Virus record (IMG/VR): IMGVR_UViG_3300049979_000188 | DNA: 64,000 nt | From: a virus | Reading direction: 5' to 3' (one strand) | Shown here: piece by piece, positions 8,536 through 17,255 of the stretch | Layout: each line of letters begins with the position of its first letter | Numbering within the stretch: position 1 is the first letter of the stretch | Translations under genes and position numbers: made by a program | Notes under the pieces: generated by a model | What the model was told of the DNA's origin: nothing | The model's input: the letters and a program-made list of their open reading frames with translations, nothing else | Databases searched by the model: none

Positions 8536-9042
8536 TTACCAGGGTAAGAACCTAGCGGTGAAGTAGCGGGCCAGCTCATGCACGTAGTGCAGCTCGTGGC
8601 GGATACCAGCTTGGTCGAGCTCGTCGATGACCCAGCGCTCGTTATTGGTTTGCCAGATGTCCACCCCTTGACGAGACCAGGTATAGGGCTCATCACCACC
8701 AGGGTCCCGGTAATCAAATCCCAAGCGAGCCAGGACTTGCTCGGTGAGCAGCTCGGGGGCGGGCGCAAACCCGGTGGCATAAAGTAACTCGTCAAAAAAA
8801 GCCTCGCCGGGTAGTACAAACTCAAAGGCGGATTCATCGACATCCACCAAGGTAACGTTCCCATCCGTTGGCGTTACGTAGATGTGACGCCGACCCTTGG
8901 TGAGCAGCGTGAGGAAGGGCTCGTGGGCTACCGACTCGTGGCTTTGAAAGTAGATGTTGTTCTGCCCCGGCTCGTGGGACCAAACTGGCCAAAAGCCACA
9001 CGCCCGCATTTTAGCCTCATCAGGAAGATAGGTTACGCGCAT
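8536..9042 (-). CDS. Hypothetical protein
   Basis: Packed ORF; its TAA is part of the next promoter -35 box. Confidence 0.75.
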   Translation of the reverse strand: MRVTYLPDEAKMRACGFWPVWSHEPGQNNIYFQSHESVAHEPFLTLLTKGRRHIYVTPTDGNVTLVDVDESAFEFVLPGEAFFDELLYATGFAPAPELLTEQVLARLGFDYRDPGGDEPYTWSRQGVDIWQTNNERWVIDELDQAGIRHELHYVHELARYFTARFLPW

Positions 9043-9296
9043 TCACCCAGCTCCTTTAACTTGGCGTTGACTTCTGCCACAATAGCCTTGAGCTTGGGGG
9101 TCTCATCTTCGGCGTAGTACGTTACCTGGTTCCGCTCGACCCAGTACTTGCCCCCAAAGCCCAGGGCCCCGCCAAAGCGAAACTCGTGGCAATCGTTACG
9201 CACGTGGTGGTAGATAAAGCTTTCCCGGCAGGACTCGGGGGCGCTGACCAGTACGGCCAGTACGTCGTAGATTTTATTGGCTTGCTCCGGACTCAT
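9033..9296 (-). CDS. Hypothetical protein
   Basis: Start set to MSPEQAN. Confidence 0.7.
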   Translation of the reverse strand: MSPEQANKIYDVLAVLVSAPESCRESFIYHHVRNDCHEFRFGGALGFGGKYWVERNQVTYYAEDETPKLKAIVAEVNAKLKELGECA

Positions 9297-9525
9297 GGGC
9301 TTCTTTACTAAGGGTGATGCTAACACTGTAACCCAGTACCCCGAATACCTTGTAGAGGGTACTCAGGGTCACATTCAAGCTATTACACTCAATCTTGGAT
9401 ATTTGATTTTTCTGGACCCCAAGCCGTTCACCGAGCTGGGTTTGGGTGAGGCGCTGGGCCTTGCGGTATTCCCGTACTTTGGCACCAATAAGCTCGCGCT
9501 GGAGGGTAACTTGCTGGTCTTCCAT
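9274..9525 (-). CDS. XRE-family HTH transcriptional regulator
   Basis: IGAKVREYRKAQRLTQTQLGERLGVQKNQISKIE...TLSTLYKVF. Confidence 0.9.
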   Translation of the reverse strand: MEDQQVTLQRELIGAKVREYRKAQRLTQTQLGERLGVQKNQISKIECNSLNVTLSTLYKVFGVLGYSVSITLSKEAHESGASQ

Positions 9526-9530
9526 TGGTT

Positions 9531-9911
9531 TTAGCGCCGCTTGATGTCACCCGAGACCGTCTTAACACTACCAGCCACGGTTCCGCAGTGCACATCACCC
9601 GAGGTAGTCGTAACAGAGCCGGTTACGTTGCCTTTCACCCGCACGTCACCCGACGTATTCTCCACCGAGCCGCTGACCAGACCGCCCACCTCGACGTTGC
9701 CCGACGTAGTGCGCAGGGTGCCCACGTCACCCGTGACAATACACTGCACGCAGGTATCGACGCTGAGCGTAGCTACCGGACCGGTGATGTAGAGGTTAAC
9801 CTGCTTTTTATCCGCACCGGGCGGGAAAATTTCCCGCCCGTCGATAAAATACTGACCGTCTTTGATGCTGAGGTTATTGCCCTCAAAACTCATGTTATTG
9901 ATGGTCACCAT
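9531..9911 (-). CDS. Beta-helix repeat protein (DUF4097/bactofilin-like)
   Basis: Repeated TTSGNV / NTSGDV / TTSGDV / TVSGDI units. Confidence 0.65.
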   Translation of the reverse strand: MVTINNMSFEGNNLSIKDGQYFIDGREIFPPGADKKQVNLYITGPVATLSVDTCVQCIVTGDVGTLRTTSGNVEVGGLVSGSVENTSGDVRVKGNVTGSVTTTSGDVHCGTVAGSVKTVSGDIKRR

Positions 9912-9914
9912 ACC

Positions 9915-10373
9915 TTAGTGAAGCGAGAGGTGGGGAATGAGCTGGACAAATTCGCTGCCCTCGACTTGGTTAGGCCCGAAGCGGTCGATGGCGTACGAAT
10001 TAAAGTAGGGCGCATTAGCTGAGAAGCCCATGATGCGAATACCGGGAATCCCATCAGCGCGCGAGTTAACGGGACGCGTGGCATACCACTGGCCCTGCTC
10101 GGGCCAATCCCCGACGTGATTGAAGGGACGGTTGTCGTCGCGCTCGCAGCGTACGTACGTCAGGTGCGCGTCGTAGACGCCAATGTCGCGGCACACGAAA
10201 GGCTGGCCACAGGCCAGGAGCCGGCGCGCGTAGGCGGAGAGAAAGTATTCGTCGCGCACTACCTCGCGCGGTACGTGCATGGCGTCGGCCATGGTAAAGT
10301 CACCGGAAATTTCCCGACCTGAAGAATGCATGGGGTTCATGTGGTTAGTCATTGCTCTATACGTAATAGCCAC
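9915..10373 (-). CDS. Hypothetical protein
   Basis: Packed ORF. Confidence 0.7.
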   Translation of the reverse strand: MAITYRAMTNHMNPMHSSGREISGDFTMADAMHVPREVVRDEYFLSAYARRLLACGQPFVCRDIGVYDAHLTYVRCERDDNRPFNHVGDWPEQGQWYATRPVNSRADGIPGIRIMGFSANAPYFNSYAIDRFGPNQVEGSEFVQLIPHLSLH

Positions 10374-10684
10374 TAGGCGGCCACCCGGGCTGGGTCAATC
10401 TGCAGGGCCTGGGCCTCGCGCACGGTTTCCACAAACACCCACTCCACGCCGGCCAAGCCATTGGTGCCGTTGAGTCGCGGATGAATCTCGCCGACCCACC
10501 AGGCCGTAAAGTCGGCCACGGCCGCGGCGATAATGGCGGGCTGAAACCCGAGGTAGCGCTCTGAGCGCGGGGTGACAAGCAATGGCTTGCTCAAATCCAG
10601 GTGGGGGCTGGTGAACTCGTAGCTACTGGCTTGGTAACGCAGGGGCTTGAGGCGTTCGGCGTCGGTGAAGAAGGGAAGTTGCAT
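10373..10684 (-). CDS. Hypothetical protein
   Basis: Packed ORF, stop overlaps the next start. Confidence 0.7.
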   Translation of the reverse strand: MQLPFFTDAERLKPLRYQASSYEFTSPHLDLSKPLLVTPRSERYLGFQPAIIAAAVADFTAWWVGEIHPRLNGTNGLAGVEWVFVETVREAQALQIDPARVAA

Positions 10685-10688
10685 CGCA

Positions 10689-11219
10689 TCAGGCGGCTTG
10701 ACGTAGCAGCAAACGTAAGGGTTCGAAAAGGGGTACTAAACTAGCCAGGCCCTGGGTCACGACTTGCTCCATCACCCGGGCCTGGGAAAAGGGGAAGCTG
10801 CCTTCAAAAATATCCTCGTATCCGTCGTAGCCTTGGGCGTGGGTAATGAGCTCGGGGTGAGCCCCTAAAAAGCGGTACCAAAGGGAAATATAATACTGGA
10901 TAACCAAGTCATCCATGCTTCGGTTGCTCGTCCCCAGGGTAACCCCGTTCGGGAGCTCAAAGTAGAGCAGCTCCAGCCCAGCCCGCTGACGTTCTTTGGC
11001 CTGGCGCCAGTCCTGGGCTTTGAGTAACTGCTGGTCCGCGCTCAGAAAGACCTTGGTCGATTGGTAATGGTCTTCGATGGAACGCAGCTGCCCAAAGGAG
11101 ACGACAGGGCAAAAGAAAGGGGAGTATTCCTTGGCGCCCCTGGAATGACACTGCAACAAGCGGCGCCCCTCGGAGTCGATACGCACCCGGCCGTTATCGA
11201 CGTACTGGCTGTAGCGCAC
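10689..11219 (-). CDS. Possible NADAR-like protein
   Basis: CHSRG...YSPF...SIEDHYQSTKVF...YISLWYRFL resembles DarT1-associated/phage NADAR-like motifs from memory; ORF solid, family tentative. Confidence 0.45.
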   Translation of the reverse strand: MRYSQYVDNGRVRIDSEGRRLLQCHSRGAKEYSPFFCPVVSFGQLRSIEDHYQSTKVFLSADQQLLKAQDWRQAKERQRAGLELLYFELPNGVTLGTSNRSMDDLVIQYYISLWYRFLGAHPELITHAQGYDGYEDIFEGSFPFSQARVMEQVVTQGLASLVPLFEPLRLLLRQAA

Positions 11220-11616
11220 GGTGACGAGGCGTTAGGGGAAAAAAGAACTGGGTGAACACTTCCCAAAAGGCCTTCGCCTGGGGTAACTCCAGCAGGGTAT
11301 GCAGCAGGCTGTCGGCCAGGCCTTCCCCCAGGGAAAAGGCATCTACTTGGCGCAGGGCTTTGTGAAACTCGTGGGTACTGGTCTCACCCGTTTTGTAGTA
11401 GAGGCCTACGCGCAGCATTTTGCCAAAGTCAGCGTGCCCCACTAGCTTGATGAAAATGCTGACGCTGACCAGAAACGTGGTCTCGTCCTCCGTGTAGGGG
11501 CTATAGCGGACGGGCTCCTCGGCCCGCAGGCGTAGCTCCTGGTAAAATTGCTTGCTCAAGTCCTTATCAGAGAGCAAGCGCAATTGTTCGCGTACCTGGG
11601 TGGTATAGTCGTTCAT
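11194..11616 (-). CDS. Hypothetical protein
   Basis: First gene after the promoter at 11647-11672. Confidence 0.75.
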   Translation of the reverse strand: MNDYTTQVREQLRLLSDKDLSKQFYQELRLRAEEPVRYSPYTEDETTFLVSVSIFIKLVGHADFGKMLRVGLYYKTGETSTHEFHKALRQVDAFSLGEGLADSLLHTLLELPQAKAFWEVFTQFFFPLTPRHRALQPVRR

Positions 11617-11620
11617 ACAC

Positions 11621-11664
11621 TAAAAAAGAAATCGGCCACTTCTTTTTACGGAAAATGGCCGATT
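11621..11664 (-). terminator. Terminator-like hairpin with the promoter -10 box in its loop
   Basis: AATCGGCCA/TGGCCGATT stem followed by TCTTTTTT on the minus strand. Confidence 0.65.
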
Positions 11665-11707
11665 CACGTTACCTCTACTTGATGAGCGGTGCGGGTAGAA
11701 ACCCTTG

Positions 11708-11983
11708 CTACATTTCAATAACTTTACCGGTTTGCTTATCCCGGTAGTAATTCGTGCCATCGAGGGCGTTGTAGCCGAGGTAATCGTAGTTTTGCTTGAT
11801 ACGCACTTCCTCGCGCAAGTCACCAAAGGTGAGCGGGTTGTACTTGGCTTCAAACAGAACAACCCCGGTGATAAAAAAGGGGATAAGCACAATTAACCAC
11901 CAGCTATACTCGTGGGCCAGAAACACGAGGCCGATGAAGCCAACGGGTATAGCCAGCGGGGACCACTTAGCGAGCGTCTTCAT
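11708..11983 (-). CDS. Small membrane protein
   Basis: Two hydrophobic helices at the N-terminus. Confidence 0.75.
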   Translation of the reverse strand: MKTLAKWSPLAIPVGFIGLVFLAHEYSWWLIVLIPFFITGVVLFEAKYNPLTFGDLREEVRIKQNYDYLGYNALDGTNYYRDKQTGKVIEM

Positions 11984-11987
11984 CGGC

Positions 11988-12326
11988 TTAGAGTGTTTTT
12001 ACCCGTACGCTGGCTCCGAGCTGTACTTCCTCAAAACGCGAAGCCGGAATTTGGATGGGGTAGCGGGCAATAAGACTGGCCACCGTGGGCGACACCTTCG
12101 GGTAGGACTTGAGGCTAGTTTGCTTGATGCGCAAGGCATCGCGCTTGGTGCTGATTTCTGCAACCATTACTTTCTCCAAGCGGTCAGGCAAGTGGGTGTA
12201 CATGACTGGGACCAGACTTACCACGGCTCCGGTCTTGGGCTCCTGGCCGTAATAAGGGAGTTCGAATTCGTGGGTCGTAACCTCGGTTACTTCACGGACA
12301 GCTTCTACGTTTACCGTAACTTTCAT
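11988..12326 (-). CDS. Hypothetical protein
   Basis: First gene after the promoter at 12356-12381. Confidence 0.75.
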   Translation of the reverse strand: MKVTVNVEAVREVTEVTTHEFELPYYGQEPKTGAVVSLVPVMYTHLPDRLEKVMVAEISTKRDALRIKQTSLKSYPKVSPTVASLIARYPIQIPASRFEEVQLGASVRVKTL

Positions 12327-12377
12327 ACTGGTTGGGGATTGGTTTCAGCTTAGTTTACGCTTTCCCCGAGCCCGGCG

Positions 12378-12995
12378 TTACCGTCGGTCTAGCAAAAGTC
12401 CCAGGCTTTGCGTGTCTGCCTTGGCCAGACGCAGGTTACTGTAGGCTTTATTACCGGTGACTTCCACGCTGCCTACCCCGTGAAACAGGGCCGGGAATAC
12501 AAGCTGCTCGTCCTGCGTGGCCAGTTCACGCTCAGCCACCACCAAGCCCTCGTGACGTCCGTGGTAGACGTCGATGGCCCAGTCCTCGATAACAAAGCGG
12601 CTTTTGAGTAGCTTGTGCGGGCTATTTTGGTAGAGGAGCACCCCAGCGGCAATGGTGGTGACTTCCTCCTGCTCTTCGCGCACGAGGCCACTGCCTTTTT
12701 TGTGCGTTACCACGGCTCCCGAGTAGTTAACCCCATTGATATTGACGTAGCTACTGGGCTCGGCTCCCTGGTAGCGATAGAGGCGCACGCGCAGCTCGCT
12801 GTCCCCGTCGTCAAGCAAGTAACCCTGCCAGATGCGAATGGGCTCCACGTAAGGCTCCAGCAGCAGCAGGCGGCTCAGGATAGTTTCGTCGAGCACGTAC
12901 TTACGCTCAATCTCCAGCTTGGGGGCGATAGTTACCGGGTGCACGAGCGTGCCCAGCGTCTCAAGGGTCTGGTGGGGGTGTCGTTTGGCTACCAT
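12378..12995 (-). CDS. CYTH domain protein (triphosphate tunnel metalloenzyme)
   Basis: EIERKYV, IWQGYL, LRVR, KSRF, IDVY...GLVVAERE, EVTGNKAYSN. Confidence 0.9.
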   Translation of the reverse strand: MVAKRHPHQTLETLGTLVHPVTIAPKLEIERKYVLDETILSRLLLLEPYVEPIRIWQGYLLDDGDSELRVRLYRYQGAEPSSYVNINGVNYSGAVVTHKKGSGLVREEQEEVTTIAAGVLLYQNSPHKLLKSRFVIEDWAIDVYHGRHEGLVVAERELATQDEQLVFPALFHGVGSVEVTGNKAYSNLRLAKADTQSLGLLLDRR

Positions 12996-13007
12996 AGTAC
13001 TAGCTGC

Positions 13008-13448
13008 TTAATAAGGGCGGTGACGCTTAAGAGTAAGTGCCAGCTTAAACGTGCGCAACAGCCGCAGTAGCCGCGAGGGTTGGTAAGCTGGTACGCTGAC
13101 GGGGTCCGTGAACTGAATGACGGGCATACCGGTACCACGGTAATAGAGCCCATCCCAGAAAAGCGCCAGGTGACGCCCACTCACCCAGTGCACTTCGGCC
13201 TGGGGGTCAAAGCGGATACCCTGGCGGAGCAAAAAAGTAAGCAACTCCTTCTGCAGGCAGATGGGCACTTCACTCAGGGCCGTATAGCGCTGCAAGCCTC
13301 GGACCACCAGGTCTTGCATATAGCGGACCAAGTCCGTGAGGCTTCCCTCGTAGGTTTTATACCCCCCCACTAGCTCGACAGGCGGGGTAGCGGCGCCCCA
13401 GATGTGGACCAGGTCTTGCTGGAAGCTATGGACAACTGTATCAGTCAT
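13008..13448 (-). CDS. Hypothetical protein
   Basis: Packed ORF. Confidence 0.7.
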   Translation of the reverse strand: MTDTVVHSFQQDLVHIWGAATPPVELVGGYKTYEGSLTDLVRYMQDLVVRGLQRYTALSEVPICLQKELLTFLLRQGIRFDPQAEVHWVSGRHLALFWDGLYYRGTGMPVIQFTDPVSVPAYQPSRLLRLLRTFKLALTLKRHRPY

Positions 13449-13460
13449 ACTAGGTAGTAG

Positions 13461-14099
13461 TTAATCGAGTTGAGGTGTTTTGGGTGGGGCTTCTCCCCGC
13501 TTGATGGCCTGGTGGGCATCGCCAAGCGCAGCCTGGTACGTCTGCTGGCTACTGAAGTAAGCCGTTGGGAAATTGAGCGGTGCGGGGTGGCTTTGACGCC
13601 GGCGTAGCAACCGGTCGATTGCCGCGGCAAGTAGCGAGCCGGCCTTCATCAGCGCGCGTACCGGGTCGGCGGTGGGCTTAAAGCCTTCCACCTCCCAGGG
13701 CCAGTAACGTAGTCCTTTACGACGACTACGCTCGTAGTCAACGGGAACCTCACACTCCTCTCCGAAGACGTGGTAATCGGCAACTTCCAGGTAAGCCTGG
13801 GAAGCAACCATTAAGTCAACGTGGTTATGCTGGTCGTCGTGGGCCGCATCGTACTGGATTTGGTCACGCAAGCGCTGCGCCAGGATGAGACCGGCACCTG
13901 AGTTCTGCGCGTTAAGCAGCAGTTGCAGCTGCTTGGCCAAGGTCCGGGTGGCTTGCTGGGTCTCCCCGAAACAGCTGACATCTACGAGGAATCCCTTTAC
14001 ATATTGCCCATCGTCGGTATTGCTGAGCACATCCTGGGGCACCAAGGTGTAGAGGCGGGTACCATCAAGGTACCAGTGGTTTTGGGTCGGGTCTACCAT
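13461..14099 (-). CDS. Conserved phage hypothetical protein
   Basis: QRLRDQIQYDAAHDD...WPWEVEGFKP...LMKAGSLLAAAIDRL, a recurrent phage motif set from memory. Confidence 0.7.
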   Translation of the reverse strand: MVDPTQNHWYLDGTRLYTLVPQDVLSNTDDGQYVKGFLVDVSCFGETQQATRTLAKQLQLLLNAQNSGAGLILAQRLRDQIQYDAAHDDQHNHVDLMVASQAYLEVADYHVFGEECEVPVDYERSRRKGLRYWPWEVEGFKPTADPVRALMKAGSLLAAAIDRLLRRRQSHPAPLNFPTAYFSSQQTYQAALGDAHQAIKRGEAPPKTPQLD

Positions 14100-14659
14100 T
14101 TGACGACAATGCTGTGACGGCCAACCTTGACTTTGTAGCCGTGGTAATTGAAATAAGCCAGGTCGGCGAAAAGGTCACCCTCGCAGCGTTCGATGAGAAT
14201 ACGCAGGCGAAATTGCTTTTCAGCCAGTGCCCGTTGAAACAGTTTCTCCGTACTCGGGGAGAGTGCCTCGGGAATAGGCTTGCCATAACTGGCCTCGATG
14301 ACGTGCTTACGGGCTTCTTGGGCATTCATAGTAAAAAAGGTATGTTGATGACGTATACGTTGCCAGACATCGTTGTACTGCTCGGGCGTAAAGTGCAGCA
14401 CCGGGCGTAAGAGTTCAATGGGCACCGCCTCCGGTTCGGCCCGCAAACTGGCGTAGTCTTCCTGCATGCGACGGATAATGCCTTCCACTTGCTCGTGAAT
14501 GGTCCAGAGCTGGTTGTTGTCGCGCCGGCTGATAAACGAAGCCCGGGGCACATTACGGCCCCGGGCAATGCGTACCACGAGCTGAAGCAGGGCAATCTCC
14601 CACTGCTTGCGCGAATGACGTAGCCAGTGCCTGGGCTTAAGCCACAGAGGGCACTTCAT
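14093..14659 (-). CDS. Hypothetical protein
   Basis: Start set to MKCPLW. Confidence 0.65.
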   Translation of the reverse strand: MKCPLWLKPRHWLRHSRKQWEIALLQLVVRIARGRNVPRASFISRRDNNQLWTIHEQVEGIIRRMQEDYASLRAEPEAVPIELLRPVLHFTPEQYNDVWQRIRHQHTFFTMNAQEARKHVIEASYGKPIPEALSPSTEKLFQRALAEKQFRLRILIERCEGDLFADLAYFNYHGYKVKVGRHSIVVKW

Positions 14660-15062
14660 GGAGCGGTGGCTGAGGTGAAGTAGCCCAGCCCACAAGTGGG
14701 GCCAGGCGGGTAAGGCCGTCGGCTTCGAAGCCATTGAGCAGGTGCTGGATGGCCTGCAGCGTGGGCATGGGTTCTTGCCCCAGGCTTAAGCTTCCCGATT
14801 GGAAGTGCTGCTCGTTACCAGACCCAAAGATAATGTCGCGACGGACCTGGTTGAGGTACTGCTGAATGCCTTGAAAGCGGGTAGTCATCACCCGCAGCGT
14901 ATCGAGCGTGGAGGTATGGGCTGCTTGTACCAGCGCCAGTTGCTTGGCTGCCTCAATGACGAGTCCTACCTGGGGATTGGCGGCAATGAAATCGGGTGAG
15001 CTGAAGTTGAGAATACCCAGTTCCAGCTCCACGATGGCTTGCTCAAGAGGTGTTCTATCCAT
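14637..15062 (-). CDS. Hypothetical protein
   Basis: Packed ORF. Confidence 0.7.
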   Translation of the reverse strand: MDRTPLEQAIVELELGILNFSSPDFIAANPQVGLVIEAAKQLALVQAAHTSTLDTLRVMTTRFQGIQQYLNQVRRDIIFGSGNEQHFQSGSLSLGQEPMPTLQAIQHLLNGFEADGLTRLAPLVGWATSPQPPLHEVPSVA

Positions 15063-15669
15063 GGGTAGCGGTGGCTTCGGCCAGGACCGTAGGTTGAAGA
15101 ATATAGTTTTCGGGGCTCAGGCCAGCTGGAAACCGGCGCCGGCGCAAAAAGTCGAGGTAGAAGGGACTCATATCCCAGTCACTGCGACTCGTGTTAGTCA
15201 CCCACCCACGATTCAACCAGAACATGGACCGACGCTCGCCCATTCGCGGGTTATAACCCGTGACGTAGATTGCCGTTTGCTCGCCATCGAAAGGACGAAA
15301 TTCCCCTTCCAACTCCGTCCAAGTCTCGGGGTTGTTGCCCTGAGTAATGCGCAGTTGCAAGTAGGATGCCAACCCAGTGAGTACGCTGGGGGTGGCTACT
15401 TCTTCAAAGGGCCGCAGGACCAGGATAACCGATTCGGGGGCTGCCCATTCCACCCCTACTTCCTCGCCCGTTTCCTTGTCGTAAAAGGTGATACGCACCG
15501 GGAAAGGTGCTTCGTCCTTGCTAATGCCCGTCAGGCGGCAGCTAAGCTTCCGGCTAGAATATTTTTGCGGGTTCGTCTTGAGGCGAACTTCGGGTCGAGC
15601 CGTGACAAAGTGGGCGAGCTGGTCGAGGCTGGCGCCGAGTTTACCGTCGAGTTGTTTTTTTGTTGCCAT
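15055..15669 (-). CDS. Hypothetical protein
   Basis: Packed ORF. Confidence 0.75.
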   Translation of the reverse strand: MATKKQLDGKLGASLDQLAHFVTARPEVRLKTNPQKYSSRKLSCRLTGISKDEAPFPVRITFYDKETGEEVGVEWAAPESVILVLRPFEEVATPSVLTGLASYLQLRITQGNNPETWTELEGEFRPFDGEQTAIYVTGYNPRMGERRSMFWLNRGWVTNTSRSDWDMSPFYLDFLRRRRFPAGLSPENYILQPTVLAEATATHG

Positions 15670-15675
15670 TACTTC

Positions 15676-15900
15676 TTACTGAATGGGGTGGTCTTCCTTG
15701 AGGCGCTGCATATTCACCCCGTTGTACTTACGCCGAATATCGGCTACATTCTCACCAGGCTTCACAAAGACCGGGTACTGCTCGTAGCTAAACGTGTCGC
15801 TTACGTAGCTAAACGTGTCGCTTACCACGAACAAGTGAATAGCGCCTTCGGCCTTGCCGCGCGCCAACCACTGCTTGACTTCCTCCCGAGTAATGCACAT
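15676..15900 (-). CDS. Small conserved phage protein with in-frame VSDTFSY duplication
   Basis: Packed ORF; 21-bp tandem repeat inside. Confidence 0.7.
   Translation of the reverse strand: MCITREEVKQWLARGKAEGAIHLFVVSDTFSYVSDTFSYEQYPVFVKPGENVADIRRKYNGVNMQRLKEDHPIQ
15783..15824. repeat. Perfect 21-bp tandem duplication
   Basis: CGTAGCTAAACGTGTCGCTTA twice. Confidence 0.95.
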
Positions 15901-15909
15901 AGTAAAAAA

Positions 15910-16251
15910 TTAATAATCCCAAAAATAAGCAGCGTAGAGCTGCCCGTAGTAGGCGTGTTTACGGTCAAGTTCAACTTGGCGGCCACTACTTTTGGTCCCT
16001 TCCTCTCGACGCCGCGCCTCCCGCTGAAAGGCAATACCAGCCGCCTCGGCCATGGGCTCGGTGGAGTAAAAATACGTATTGCCCATGTAGCCGTAGTGGT
16101 AGCAAACCGCCAACTCCTTGGCCTGGTTGAAGGTGAGCTCCGCAGTACCAATAGGGCCTAGCTTCTTAGGCGTCGTGGTGAGTTTGGGCGCCATGTCCCG
16201 GTACGTGATGAGCGGCGGGGGCGTAGTAGCCGGTAGGTTTGAGTGGGGCAT
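15910..16251 (-). CDS. Hypothetical protein
   Basis: Packed ORF; may start at MAPKLTT. Confidence 0.65.
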   Translation of the reverse strand: MPHSNLPATTPPPLITYRDMAPKLTTTPKKLGPIGTAELTFNQAKELAVCYHYGYMGNTYFYSTEPMAEAAGIAFQREARRREEGTKSSGRQVELDRKHAYYGQLYAAYFWDY

Positions 16252-16256
16252 AGCAC

Positions 16257-16574
16257 TTACTGTAAATGAGCCGGGAAGGGTAAGCCGGCGAGCTCAGGCT
16301 CCAGGCGGCGTAGCTCCCGCTCGGCCTCCCCAATCTTGCGCCAGGCAATTGCCTGCAGGGCCTGCCAGATTTCGGGCTCCTCGCCCAGGGGCATGAGGGT
16401 TTTATCGGGCAAGTGCAGCTGCAGGTGGTGAATATGTGAGTAGGGCGGGTACTGGCTCGACCCAGCGGCGAGCATGGCCAGCAGCGTCTCGTTGGTACGG
16501 ATAACGAGGTACTGCCCCCACTCTTCCGTCGAGCGCATCTGGTTAAACGGTTTACGCAGGGGCAGCAGCTCCAT
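16257..16574 (-). CDS. Hypothetical protein
   Basis: Start overlaps the stop of the MazG-like gene. Confidence 0.7.
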   Translation of the reverse strand: MELLPLRKPFNQMRSTEEWGQYLVIRTNETLLAMLAAGSSQYPPYSHIHHLQLHLPDKTLMPLGEEPEIWQALQAIAWRKIGEAERELRRLEPELAGLPFPAHLQ

Positions 16575-17182
16575 TAGGCCTGAGTGGGGAAAAGGGTGGT
16601 CAAATCAGCCGCGATGTAATGGGCATTTTTAAGCACTTTCTTATCGAGCTTACGCAAAATAGCGGCCGGATACATCTCGGGAAAGAAAGGGGTACTCACC
16701 CACACTTCCACCCCTTCAGCGGCGTACTTGGCCAGCGTGTCACGCACTTCCTGCTCAGTGTGGCAAAATTTGCTCATATTGCTGGCCTGCACAATGGCAA
16801 AGCCGGGGTAAAAGGCGTCCTGCAGACCGCAAGCGAGTACCGTTCCGTCCTGGACGTAGCGCTGGTCAATACAGGCATCGAGCAACGCAATGGGGTCGTA
16901 GGCGTCCGTGTCTTTACTGGTAATAATACCACCTTCGTAGAACTTACCGTACTTGTAGTCGGCGACGTGCTTCAAGCCGGCTTTCTCGGCCAGCATACCG
17001 GAAAAGGTCCCCTCCAGGCCCATTGCCTGGGCTTTTTCAAAAAGCTCTTCGAGCTCCAGCGAAAGACGCAGCAGTAAGGTTTCCCGCGCGGGCTGCGTGG
17101 GTTCGGTCGGGACGTGCTGACCAGCAGTGGTCATAAACAGGCGCACCTGCTCAAGGGTATCGGGGACAGTTTGTATCGTCAT
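16574..17182 (-). CDS. MazG-like/PRA-PH NTP pyrophosphohydrolase
   Basis: LRLSLELEELFE, LLDACIDQRYV, IVQASNMSKFC, KVLK. Confidence 0.85.
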   Translation of the reverse strand: MTIQTVPDTLEQVRLFMTTAGQHVPTEPTQPARETLLLRLSLELEELFEKAQAMGLEGTFSGMLAEKAGLKHVADYKYGKFYEGGIITSKDTDAYDPIALLDACIDQRYVQDGTVLACGLQDAFYPGFAIVQASNMSKFCHTEQEVRDTLAKYAAEGVEVWVSTPFFPEMYPAAILRKLDKKVLKNAHYIAADLTTLFPTQA

Positions 17183-17209
17183 AGGTAGGTTTACGAAGTA
17201 AAAAATACG

Positions 17210-17254
17210 CGCGTTACCTGGGCCTGGTAAAACTTACCAGGCCCAGGTAACGCG
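17210..17254. repeat. Perfect 21-bp inverted repeat with 3-nt loop overlapping a promoter -35 box
   Basis: CGCGTTACCTGGGCCTGGTAA-AAC-TTACCAGGCCCAGGTAACGCG; T-run follows on the minus strand. Confidence 0.95.
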
Positions 17255-17255
17255 G

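Noticed and set aside
14908-16161. 417-aa plus-strand ORF and similar long opposite-strand ORFs (4393-4998, 34942-35622, 47885-48550, 50316-51083)
   Set aside because: Shadows of real genes in GC-rich DNA, with no motifs, promoters or leaders.
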